A stretch of DNA of 64,000 bases from Phoronis australis (lineage: Eukaryota > Animalia > Phoronida). The stretch lies in NCBI GenBank assembly GCA_002633005.1, contig NMRA01000398.1, positions 70,010 to 134,009 of the forward strand, written 5' to 3'. Every line of letters begins with the position of its first letter. The first letter of the stretch is position 1. Under the pieces are notes generated by a model. That model searched no databases. It saw only the letters and a program-made list of their open reading frames with translations, and was not told the origin of the DNA. Shown piece after piece: positions 24,701 through 34,289 of this stretch. Made by a program: the position numbers and the translations under genes.

Positions 24701-27700
24701 ATCTTGGATGCGGAAGGAGGGTGGTTAGTTTCGTACTGGCCTTGGTGACGTCAGTCGGTCGGCTCAACGGCCTCAGTGACGTCACTTCGTCGGCTTGATT
24801 TCACTCCCTCCGGCTTCTGTCGCGTATAAAATTCATCGGGCCTGTCGCCGCCAAAATTAATGATGCCCCATTAAAATTTTTACTCTTCCCTGAGCAAACT
24901 AAATTATTTACTAAACACTCGGGCCGAGTGTTTAGGTGTAGCTATTTCCCCTCGGCGTTTCCCACTAGCTGTTACCCGTGCTTTGGCCCCCAATACTATT
25001 GTTGAGTCTCTCCCCAGCCATAATAACATGGCTACCGTGCATGGGGCTAGTCAGGAAATATGTATTATATTTGATGCACCCATCTCCGCGTTAAGTGATG
25101 TTTAATATTATTAAGTGGATGTTAAAGCAATAATGATATACCTGAAAGTACAAAAATACGCTAGTTACCAATGTTAGGTATACAAAACTAACATATCATG
25201 TCTTAATTCTACCAACGCTGACGTCCGTAAGAAACTCACAAGGTATTTATTGAGCTGTGAAACCTTTGGCAACTTTGTTCAACTGTGGTTTCATCATCTC
25301 TCTGTCATCTTCCTTCAACTTACAATTATGTCTTGTCAGTGGCGTCTGCACATGGGACTCATTCGCGCAGTGGCCATTATGAAAGTGAGCCTCTTTTTAG
25401 GTTAAAAATGCATTTAAGACATAAATATGAACGAAAAAATTCACGCTTTGCTTAAGCGTGGAATGCATTGTGTTAAAACCAAAAAAGAGGCTCATTTTGC
25501 AAATGGCGACTACGCTGTTGCGGATCTAGGATAGCATGAGGGGGGACGGCATGCTCAGGGAATTGGGGAAAGCGCGATTGTATCCACGCATGCGTAGCTG
25601 AAGGTGGCGGGCGAAGAGGATGTATACCCTCTGTTCGGGAAATCTATCCTTGGACTAAAAAAAAACGGTAACGCGTTTTCTCCCCTCCTTCACTTCCGGT
25701 CCTACTTCCTCACGGTTCACTCTATGTTTGTGGTTCATTTTGCTTGCGGCAGCCAATGGGGGGGGGGGGCCCATGAGCCCCCTAAATCCAGCTATGCTAC
25801 GTGAACAACTTGGCATCAGTCTTCCTCGTGATACCAGAATCATTGTGATTAAAGCACAGGATTAACAAATTATCTGGGTATTTCAAAAATGTATTCGAGG
25901 TGTTTTTCATCAAAATTAAAACCTGAATAAGTTCATTTCATCTTAATAACACCCTTTGAACAATTTGTTAAGTTATGAGTTCAGTAATTGGAAGGTATAG
26001 TTGTGTTACTTAAATAACTGCCGTGAGGTGGGGTGGTTTTCCAAGGAAAGTGACTAACTTCGCGCTAAAACGGCATGCTCACGGAGTTTATTTTTTCTTT
26101 CTTGGTCGTGCATGGGGAATGGGGAGGGAGGGCAGAGCCCTCGAACTTCTCCCGAAATCTATCTATCAAAAAGAAATTTGCATGATCGCAACAAACGTAT
26201 ACTTACGATCACAGAATGTCTTGGCGGCGTTGTGTGTCCAAGCACACTTGTCTTTAACCGACTGATATTGCAGGTTACATTCAATGCACTTCTTGTTCGT
26301 TGGACCTTCGTCACATGTCATGTGCGCGCAGTTGTTGATGTCAGCCACAGGGCATGCTAAAGAAAATGAAAACATCCTTTTTTGAGATCTTTTTATCTTA
26401 CTACCAGCTACTGTTTCATGTCATCTTACAAAGGCTTTGCAAAGAGGTGACATGTCCTCGTGTACATGCCATTGGGTGATTCTCGGTATAATTCGAAACA
26501 GAGAACCTGACGAAAGGGATCATGCTTCTAACACAACATACAAAGAGCGAATGAAAACGATAAGAGCTGGATCAAGAGATGAATAGCAAAAACGAGCTTA
26601 TACTTACGATCACATTTAGGAGAGTAGAACTCAGAGTTGCAACTGGTACAGCGATTCGGCAACGAGCACGTGCCACCGTTAGGGCACGTGGTCTTTCCAA
26701 AGCAAACCGCTACAAAAACAATTTGCATCAACAAAATGTCACGAGGGTCATTGTGTGAGGAATATTAAACAATGTGGGAAAAAGCCTTTCTTACAGATGA
26801 CAACTGGAAAATATTAATCATAGACACGTGAACGCTTGTCATCCGCAAAATATTTTTCTATTCGTTAACTGCTGCTGGCCTGCAACAGTCTAATTAACAA
26901 TATGTTAAGATTACCTAGTTTGCTTTCGTACAAGTGTCATTCGTATACATATTTGGTTGAATGGCAGTGCTTTAAATTTGAATAAGTGTAGTTTAATGTA
27001 GGAATTTTTTACCCTGCTTTGTGTTTCCGTTTCTGATTTTTTAAGGGATCGCCAATCTTTTATTCAAGGAAAAAGCATGATTCAAAGAGAAGAAAGGTTC
27101 TTCCACCTCCTGAGATGGCTTCAACGGAAACACAAATTACGATGTAAAAGGAGATTGCTCCCCACTTCCTAAATAGGCCTTGTACCATGCTTAGAGACCC
27201 CGAGGGTCAGCAAGTTCCAAGAACTCGTGGAATTTGTCGCGGCTAAAAATTAGAAGAGCCCGAAGACCAAGACATGAGGGATATTCCTCGTTAAATGCAG
27301 TGTACAATATATTTTTATTGTGTCGCGCTTATGATCAATAACCTCAAGACTTACGAACGCAATACGAAGACCCGTTGTCTGTATAGCCATCGCAGCAACG
27401 TTTCATTTCTTTGCTACGGTAGGCGGTTCTGTACCTCCTCCTGTAAGCAGTATGTCATAACAATATAAACTTTGTATTGGTTCTTTCCTCCAAACGTTGA
27501 TGACTTGCAATTACTGTTGCGCCATTGACCTATCGGTAGCTCCGCCCGATTACAAAAAGTCGACAAACAACAAGTTTTTCCCGACAACATTTTGTTTGTC
27601 GGGTAAAATGACCGCTTGGAAACGAAGGTGTTTCAAAAATTCTGCGTTCTGATTGGTCAATTGAGCCATCACTCAAAATCCTGGCGATAGTCCAATTAGT

Positions 27701-30700
27701 AAATCCCCAAGTGATTAAGCTACAAGGAGCTGAAGTTTCTCCTCGATGTATCATTCTGAGGGTGACGTCACTCTGAGGGTGACGTGGATTGTGGTGAGCG
27801 GTCCTTTCCACAACAGCTACATGTAATTAAGGTTATGGAGAGCCTTAGAAAAAGTGTCCAACTTTGGCCAATCTCGGAACATAATATCTCGGTAATGGCT
27901 GATCGGATTCATGCGAAATTTGCGCATACAATTCTTTGTGTACTTTGTGTTCTTGAACAAGCTACTAGAAATTGGTTTATATGTGTTCCACTGCGGTGTG
28001 AGGATTTATAAAATATCGGACTTTAATGATTTTCTTGAACAAAAGTTGTATAAAACGAAAACGAAATGATTGTTTAGAAAACTGTAAAAGGGTATATGAG
28101 TTCTTATCTTAAAAATTATATTAAACAAAATTTTATTCATGTTGTTGTTTCCATTGTTGTGCCTTCTTTCGGCCAATTTTACCAAATATGCATGGCCACA
28201 TGACTTAGTTCATGGGGGATTGGTAAAAAATCAAAATCAAATTCCACAGGCCATCAGTTTTCTCATTCCGTTACTGAGTTAAAATCTAGAGTTGTGTAGA
28301 TATTTGAATAAATGCAGTTGTCGATAAGCCTTACGAAACGCTTGCCGAGATAGCAGTTAGTGTTCAAACTCCTAAACGTTCTTCCTTCTTTTGTGAACAA
28401 ACGTGATTAAAATCACAACAGCATTTCTGTGGGAGAGCGTTACAGACACTCGTTTGTACACCTTCAACAGGTTTATAGTTATGAAGTAAATTGTCAATAG
28501 ACATGGTCAACCTCTAAATTTAAAAAGCAGCTATACATGTATTTCCAGAAATAATGTCTCATCATCAGGCACGTGGTAAAATGGAAAGCTACAAACAAAA
28601 TCAACGGTGACAGGAGGTAAATAAGCGTCCAAACTGTGAATGTGAATGAAACAGACTATGGGAAGCCTACAGGCCAATTGCGGAACAGAGCCAGTGTACG
28701 GTAAACGTCTGTGAGCACCTCATTCAGTACAGGTTTTCCATAACCTATCAACAGAGACTCCAATATTTTCAACTGAAGTGGAATTTTCATACATGTACAT
28801 TGCGAAAGATGATATCTACAAGTTATTTTCCGGTCATACTGATGTAAAAAATAGATTTGAATGAATCCACCCTGCAAATGTTTGGACAACCGTCGGTGTC
28901 AGAATAAATATTGATTAAGTAATTTGTAAGAATAGATCCATTTTAAGTTGCCCAAAATTTGTGCATATGTACTTTTAAATCATGGTGTCAGACTTGTTGA
29001 CATGTATTTTAACGTCAAAATCTATTTTAAATGGTGTTTACAACTTTGGGTTCTGGGCTCAAAGTACTCTAGAGATTCTAGAATATTCTGAGAACAAATT
29101 GTAACAGCCAATAATACGAGTAGATATGATCATGTGGTTTTTATTAGCCAATCACTAAATAAGCAGAATGTTATATTATGGGCTGAAATCAAGAAGATAA
29201 TGAGATGCGCTATAGTAGTTGAAGTGTGACGGGACGTTCGTACCTTTACGCTTATTGTTATTCTTATTGAGTTGCAAATGTTCACTTATTCTTATGCTAA
29301 TGTCTTTGTTGCGTCTCAGTGCGCCTTTGTTACGTGGGCATGTGGGCGCGACTGTATGTGTCGGGCACTTCGCTAGCGACAGGCTTAGGAGAAGGGTGTT
29401 TCCTTCTCTTGCTTTCATGGAAAGTTGATCGTTATCATGTGCAAATTGAACTGAAACGAATGCCTGATGAGAGAAAATACATATTTTGAGGTTCAGTGGA
29501 GACTTTCTCTGTTACATTTGGCGCCCAACGTAAATCGAACAAACCAGAACTTTTCTCTGACGACGTCTGAAAAATTATGACCGTGCTACGGCCTTGCATG
29601 GAAAGTTGAACTGNTGTCTAATTAGGGGTTATCATATAATAAATTAATTACTGGATTTGATTATTCACTCTCCATCTACGCACAACTTCAAAGCATAGCT
29701 ACCTTTTAAACAACCCACAGTCAAACATCTGACAGTCGGTAAAGGGGCCATACTGTGTGTCCAACGTAACGCTGTTCACAAAAACTCGGACGAAAAATTT
29801 CATCTTCATGACATGCGAATTTATAAACAGCATTACATATTGGCACTGTTTGCTATCCTCCCCGATTAGTGGGCTTGTTTTTCATAACCATGTTCCATGT
29901 CTTCACGCTCCAATAGTAGATGTAAATAATGACGTTTAGTCTATCACTTAATTTGACGGTCTTAACATTGTCTCCACTAGGTCCAATGTTTAGAGAATTT
30001 CAATTGTTAGAAATTGAAAAAAACGGATTCTCATCTTATTGGCACAATTGACTTATCGCCAGGACTTTGAGTGACGGCTTAACTGACCAATCAGAACCCA
30101 GAATTACTGGCACCCCTTCGGTTCCAAACTGCCATTTTATCCGACAAACAACACATTGTCGGGTAAATCTTATTGTTTGTTTGTCGAGTGTTACGTGACT
30201 TTGCAAGGGGGCGGACCTTGTGACAGGTCAATCCCCTCTGTAGTCTGCTATGTTAGTGATATCCTTGCATATTGTTCGCGCGGTGACTTTGTTGTCTATT
30301 CACACTTTGCTCGAACCCAATTTTATTTTTGCTAAAAATGACATGCAACAAGGTTGCCTTCGCCTTTAAGAGACTTAATAGCCCTTAGTAGGACTGTTGT
30401 TAAGAAAAAAACCGAAATTAAAAAAAAAACAATTTTCTGTAATCGAGGTTGTGTGTAATGGGTGGAACACCGTCTAAGCCGTTGTTGCTTTTACCGGGGC
30501 AATACTGAAAGGCTGTAAAGGAAGTCCGCCGACAGACGCCTTTTTCAAACATGAAAGGGTGCGTTTGTGGAGAATGCAACTTGACCGAGAACGTCTCTGT
30601 GTTCGAATTGCCTGAAGACGTGAAAGTGGCACAGAAATGGCAACGATTTGTGCCCCGTACGATAGTGCGGAATGATAGTGTGGAACATACGATTCCGTCG

Positions 30701-32543
30701 GGAGCCACACTTTGTTTGGCATATTTCTGTCACGGAATCAGGTTTCTACCAAACACAAAGCGGCGTCACGAAGAAAGACTCGTCACCTAAATTGTAAGCT
30801 TGTGCATTTCCAAATTTTATAAATAACGAAGAAACCGTTTCCATTCTAGGACGAGCGATACCATTCTCTCGACCCCGGCTCTGATCTAGAGCTACGACAC
30901 GTAGACTTATGCATTTTGTTAAGACCGTGCTAATTCAATCATGGCAACAGTGGATACTAGTGACCCAGATTTAATGTGGCCTTCGTCAGTGATTATTACT
31001 TAAAAGTGTATATTTTGTGAATAGTGACCACCAATTGGTTCAGTTGGTCGGGCTCACATGTCTGCTGCATTTCTACTGCAAATTTGTCGAGTTCATATAG
31101 TGTATGGTCTCAAAGCAGTTCGCTAAGTGAGAAATGGAATTCGTTGTCTGATTCTTCTAGTATACTTGAGTGTACCCACTCTCCTCTCTGTATACATGCA
31201 CATAATAACTGTCTAGTTCTCGCTCAAAATCGGTCCTCGTCTAAAGATCTGCTGTGTTCCGCCATTACCATTGATTCTTAAGTGACCAAACGTCTTCCAC
31301 CCATTGCATCATTTGGCTGGAATCTTGGAAATAACACATTTTCTTCAAATTTTGAACATTTGCGACTTTTTGGTACGAAGTGCTTATTCAGTTATATTTC
31401 ATGGTATTCATTTCACATTATCTAACTGAAACCTTAAAAATTAAACGAAATGCATTGTGGGAACTCTAAGGTCGTCAAGCCACGTGATAGAATAAATGTG
31501 AATAGTTACTGCAAAACTCCAACTTTGATGATGGGGTCCATCATTAAAGTAGGAGTTTGAATTCGAAACCTCGCGATTTCATTGGGCGCCTTTATATGCG
31601 AGCTTAGACCAGTAACTCGTCTCCGTAAACCATCACGTACTCAAGCATAAAGTTGTGGACATTTATCCTGAGTTCGTAGCACAGCAGGAGGGCCGAACAA
31701 AGTCAAAAATTATTTCGAGTACGACCACGGGCCCGTTTCACTTATGCTGAAATCGGGCTATTTTAAGATCAAAATGCCTTGGCCCTGTTTGCTTAAACTT
31801 CTTTGGACCAAAATTAAGCATAGTATGAGTTATAGTGCCATATTCTTCATTAGCATGCTTGCACACTTCCGGTCGGGTGGCTGAAAATGTCTGCGTCATT
31901 AATGCGACATTGGTTTATCACATGTCTCCGACTGGCGCCATAGACTATAGTACATGGACGGCCAACTCCGTATACTTTCAGGGGACGAAATCTGTGCTCT
32001 TCCGCACAACGTTACGTCATTATTCAATAACGATACCTGGCCCAATGATCTGGTGTAATTTCCGGAAAGTCCATCGTCTGCTAATCGTGGTCGACGGTTG
32101 TGTGGTCGGGTGGTAGTAGCATTGTTAAAGGTGCTCATAATACCAACAATTCTACCGTTTTAAGAAATTGAACAACGTTTCAATACCGAAATTAGTATTT
32201 TGCTTTCGTTGTACTGGACTGTAAAATAGATGCGAGAATTTCCCTTCACAATACACCAACCGGAAAATGAACCAGATAATTGAGGAGAGTGGCGCCGCTT
32301 CTTGAATAGTACGGAAGAAAATGTCGGAGTTGTGAATCTGTTGTCTATAATATATGCTGACTCAAATGTCAGGGCTAGCCAAGTGACGGTCTCACACATT
32401 GCATCAAATTTACATGTACTTACCGGTATCTTGTGCATCTGAAATCCCAGTCCACGCATGATGTGGTATAACTTGACCTGTATGACTGTGAGTACGATTC
32501 TTGAATGTAATAGGTGCAGACGCTGTTGGGAACACCGTTCAAG
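61..32543 (-). CDS. Gene A (5' part, runs off left edge): giant EMI-EGF-FN3-like repeat extracellular protein, 13 distinct exons
   Basis: Exons 32424-32543, 27355-27440, 26608-26709, 26207-26356, 23431-23544 (=14320-14433), 11547-11807, 9565-9718, 7828-8434, 6356-6500, 5958-6121, 1808-2092, 964-1298, 61-707. All have AG/GT ends and splice phases are consistent throughout. Start exon not resolved. Confidence 0.85.
964..1298 (-). CDS. Gene A exon (EPCPVGGAPCYCPSIG...DNSPP...SGIRYYK)
   Basis: ORF 948..1436 core; ttccag/GTCAGT; paralog of 62962-63296. Confidence 0.9.
1808..2092 (-). CDS. Gene A exon (VWIQATDIMGN...DTHSGV...HKGTG)
   Basis: ttcttcag/GTGAGT, phase 0/0; paralog at 63819-64000. Confidence 0.9.
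2602..5940. mobile_element. Possible TIR element bounded by a perfect 17-bp inverted repeat AATAGCGGAGTTGCAAC
   Basis: 2602-2618 is the exact reverse complement of 5924-5940; no TSD or intact ORF seen. Confidence 0.4.
3466..4868. mobile_element. Non-autonomous Tc1/mariner-like DNA transposon
   Basis: TIR CAGTACAGCCACT(G/T)AA..TTAGACT at both ends, TA at 3464-3465 and 4869-4870; subterminal GCGTGA/CCGGA repeats. Confidence 0.75.
5958..6121 (-). CDS. Gene A exon (GILKFEY...EDGDTHK)
   Basis: tttcag/GTTTGA, phase 1/0 fits neighbours. Confidence 0.8.
6356..6500 (-). CDS. Gene A exon (MSWTDYFYN...NNVEG)
   Basis: tgccag/GTAAA, phase 0/1. Confidence 0.85.
7330..7800 (+). repeat. Diverged Helentron/HINE-like repeat fragment
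   Basis: Units resemble 9773-11207 (TGCTGCTAGGTGGCGC, CGCCTTTAGGGGGCA, GGACG..CAGACAGA). Confidence 0.5.
7828..8434 (-). CDS. Gene A exon (LCADYKVVAGG...WQDIG..PSGLKEY...NLGSIQ)
   Basis: ORF 7813..8415; caacag/GTAAGT, phase 2/0. Confidence 0.9.
9565..9718 (-). CDS. Gene A exon (GANHDIATY...FVDGDK)
   Basis: gtgcag/GTAAGT, phase 1/2. Confidence 0.85.
9773..11207 (+). mobile_element. Helentron-associated (HINE/DINE-1-like) element with ~145-bp tandem units carrying CTCF-like motifs
   Basis: 5' AAACAAGAGC, central tandem array, (GGAC)n microsatellite, 3' hairpin ATGCGTCCATATAT-AA-ATATGTGGGCGCAT. Confidence 0.75.
11547..11807 (-). CDS. Gene A exon (TIKPEIDLCKF...LYKVPSG)
   Basis: ttttcag/GTAAG, phase 1/1. 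Confidence 0.85.
12742..14198 (+). mobile_element. 5'-truncated, internally deleted L1/Tx1-clade LINE relic
   Basis: GRACRQGDPVSTYLF and QYADD RT motifs, A-rich tail, ~70-bp direct flanks 12672-12741 and 14199-14267. Confidence 0.85.
14320..14433 (-). CDS. Gene A EGF-like exon (RCSWKHKFCFPGACSDGYPSSCSCAQGFTSIADTKCD)
   Basis: Hand translation, 6 Cys, ttacag/GTAAGT, phase 1/1. Confidence 0.85.
15030..15552 (-). mobile_element. LTR-like sequence truncated by gap
   Basis: Minus strand shows TATAAG, AGTTG-rich tract, AATAAA and terminal TGTAACA. Confidence 0.5.
15574..16053 (-). CDS. Second copy of exon 7828-8434, cut by N gap
   Basis: ORF 15516..16034 nearly identical (DRF vs DKF). Confidence 0.8.
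17233..17386 (-). CDS. Second copy of exon 9565-9718
   Basis: Same length and splice sites. Confidence 0.8.
17441..19188 (+). mobile_element. Fuller copy of the HINE-like element (about 11 CTCF-like units)
   Basis: Subterminal IR ATGCGCCCAC (~17467) vs GTGGGCGCAT (~19174), GGAC microsatellite, 3' hairpin; ~300 bp longer at the 5' end than the 9773 copy. Confidence 0.8.
19822..20082 (-). CDS. Second copy of exon 11547-11807
   Basis: ORF 19784..20059; 261 nt, same splice sites. Confidence 0.8.
21016..23309 (+). mobile_element. 5'-truncated L1/Tx1-clade LINE relic (RT plus C-terminal Zn motif, stops and frameshifts)
   Basis: CRQSDP..YLF, LIQYADDT, LKPNLEKT, GRITVVKTLVIPKL, SFCCEVPE*IVHLFWEC; A-rich tail; direct flanks 20946-21015 and 23310-23378. 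Confidence 0.9.
21731..21977. mobile_element. G/C-run-rich MITE nested in the LINE
   Basis: TIR CATGCGCACACCC/GGGTGCGCGCATG; flanks AAAGA/TAAGA. Confidence 0.7.
23431..23544 (-). CDS. Gene A EGF-like exon (copy contiguous with the upstream exons)
   Basis: Same as 14320-14433. Confidence 0.85.
23670..23870 (+). mobile_element. Penelope-like pseudo-LTR fragment
   Basis: Near-identical to the reverse complement of 33733-33932; contains a hammerhead motif. Confidence 0.7.
23800..23845 (+). ncRNA. Minimal type I hammerhead ribozyme
   Basis: ACTT-CTGAGGA-T-GGTGT..ACACC-GAAA-CATGTC-AAGT: core, stems I and II, palindromic ACATGT stem III, GUC site. Confidence 0.75.
25515..25796. mobile_element. 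MITE with 5-bp TSD
   Basis: Imperfect TIR CTGTTGCGGATCTAGG / CCTAAATCCAGCTATG; TSD CTACG on both sides. Confidence 0.65.
26207..26356 (-). CDS. Gene A Cys-rich exon (CPVADINNCAHMTCD...KTFCD)
   Basis: ctttag/GTAAGT, phase 1/1. Confidence 0.85.
26608..26709 (-). CDS. Gene A EGF-like exon (VCFGKTTCPNGGTCSLPNRCTSCNSEFYSPKCD)
   Basis: C.NGG.C..PN.C EGF pattern; tttgtag/GTAAGT. Confidence 0.9.
27355..27440 (-). CDS. Gene A EMI domain, C-terminal half (RRYRTAYRSKEMKRCCDGYTDNGSSYCV)
   Basis: Hand translation; YRTAYR and CCxGY EMI motifs; ttacag/GTAAGT, phase 2/1. Confidence 0.9.
27524..27696. mobile_element. Small ATTGACC-terminated TIR element; related inverted copy at 30048-30231
   Basis: ATTGACCTATCG...CGATAGTCCAAT; internal sequence matches the reverse complement of 30048-30231. 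Confidence 0.55.
29100..29613 (+). mobile_element. LTR retrotransposon 5' LTR (29100-29516) with tRNA-Lys PBS, cut by gap
   Basis: TGTAACAG...CTGTTACA, then TT and TGGCGCCCAACGT (29519-29531). Confidence 0.85.
30365..31468 (+). mobile_element. Degenerate Kolobok-like element with THAP remnant (family of 61591-62898)
   Basis: ORF 30551..30790 CVCGEC..VFELPED....KWQRFV...LCLAYF; right end CATTGTGGGAACTCT; colinear with the 61.6-62.9 kb copy. Confidence 0.75.
32424..32543 (-). CDS. Gene A EMI domain, N-terminal half (LNGVPNSVCTYYIQESYSQSYRSSYTTSCVDWDFRCTRYR)
   Basis: Hand translation; resembles the MEGF10/11 EMI start; ttcttcag/GTAAGT, phase 2/2 joins 27440. Confidence 0.9.
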
Positions 32544-32990
32544 CTGAAGAAGACACAAGTTAAGTACAAACGGGGGTGGACGTAATTGTTGCGTCATGTG
32601 TCTTTGCTAATAAGGCAATCACTTAATTTCTTTCCAGCAAGGCCTGTCTCACTCTATCTATAAGTTAGATTAAGTTGCACATCAGACAAGCCCCTGGTGT
32701 CACTCCCGTCAGCTGGAAGCTTGTTTTATCAGCGCTGTAACTAATTACTAGCAAACTAAATAACTATATTTCTTTCAACAGTGGAATAATGTTCAGAATA
32801 TGACGACGAGTATTGGTAACAGAAACCTATTCATTAATTAAATCAGTTCTTGATTAAAAACAGTACGATCGCCGCACAATTGAAAAAGTTCATGATAAAT
32901 AAACGTTTCGTTTATTCGTTAGACATCATCAGGATATTTACATAGGGAAACAAGTGCCAACATACATCTCAGGTGCTGTCCTATGTAAAT

Positions 32991-33027
32991 ATCCTGATGA
33001 TGTCTAACGAATAGACGAAACGTTGAT
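32991..33027 (+). ncRNA. Minimal hammerhead ribozyme (second family) inside a ~63-bp inverted repeat
   Basis: ATC-CTGATGA-T-GTCTA-ACGAA-TAGAC-GAAA-CGTT-GAT; mutated mirror copy at ~32900-32936 on minus. Confidence 0.65.
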
Positions 33028-33756
33028 TTATCACGAACTTTTCCAGTGAAGGTAACATGCTGTTTTAGGAAGGCGTGAACTAGTAATAGTAGTTATTTTC
33101 AAAAAAGTACGTGGTGGGGATGAGGTACTGGGGCGGGGTGTATTTCTGGGAGATGATAGGCGGGAGACAGATCGAATGCACCGCAAACATATAGGGCCGT
33201 TCTGGTTTAATTTCTATACCCAGGTATGAATGTTTGAAAAATGTAAGATTTACGAATTTTCTTTATTGGAGTATATGAACATGGCCATTGGACCGACGTA
33301 TAACAAATACATGATTGTAAATTGTAAGGTGCGCGACAAACTAGGATCCGTGCTCTAAGCTTTTTACTCGAACTCGAACTCGAATTATTTTTGTCATTTT
33401 CTGTTTCTATTTTCGAGTGAACTCAACCTAAGTGCCCATTGTTCTATGTTCGACTACACAGTAGTTTATGTTGACAACCTCTTAATCCTAGTTTGCACTT
33501 GATGACCCCAGCATTAAGGCTTAAAGCTCGAGTCTGAACTTGACATTTCGAGTTTTTCCTCGAAATCTCGACTTTTTACCCGAGTTTCAGTAGCACAAAT
33601 CTGGGAACATCAAGTACAAATTTAAACAAGAAACTTTTATGCCTAATCTGTAATGCACTGGAGCACACACCGACTAGCCGCTTACACTGAGTTCGCACTG
33701 AATCTCCATGATAGCAAGTAACAGCATATATTCACGAAAACAACAACGGTTTTAAA

Positions 33757-33802
33757 ACTTGACATGTTTCGGTGTCATTTATTAAACACCATCCTCAGAA
33801 GT
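33757..33802 (-). ncRNA. Minimal type I hammerhead ribozyme
   Basis: Reverse complement of the 23800-23845 motif. Confidence 0.75.
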
Positions 33803-34002
33803 CATAATACAGTGTCCACCTAGCTAGGCCCAGCAACAAGTAATGAAGCACAGATACAGTCAGTTACAGGGAGTGACAATGAACTAGACCAACAATGACA
33901 ACCTGTGGTGTGTCAGTTGCCTATGGAGATTGGGCTTGCACCAACTGATATATAAAGCCTCACGATTGTTGCTGGGCCTAGCTAGGTGGCCACTGTATTA
34001 TG

Positions 34003-34048
34003 ACTTCTGAGGATGGTGTTTAATAAATGACACCGAAACATGTCAAGT
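34003..34048 (+). ncRNA. Minimal type I hammerhead ribozyme
   Basis: Same sequence as 23800-23845. Confidence 0.75.
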
Positions 34049-34289
34049 TTTACAACCGTTGTTGTTTTCGTGAGTTCGCACTGAACAGAAAAATGTATCG
34101 GAATTGGATTATGATCGAAGGCCTTGGTACTCACTGACCGTTTCAAGAAAGTGGTTTTTATCTTGCAAACAATATGAATTTTAAGGAGAAACATACATTG
34201 CACAGCTGACCTTTGCTTTTCAAAGCGATAGGGAGTAACTGAATTTCAAAACGGGATTTGAATATTGCGACAGACGCGGCCAGGTCTTT

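Larger units (their letters stand above)
33703..34070. mobile_element. Penelope-like pseudo-LTR insertion with inverted partial copy and ~15-bp TSD
   Basis: IR 33731-33839 vs 33966-34073; TGAGTTCGCACTGAA at 33688-33702 and 34071-34085. Confidence 0.8.

Noticed and set aside
32160-32597. 145-aa ORF from the track
   Set aside because: Wrong frame; the real exon 32424-32543 reads in another frame as EMI
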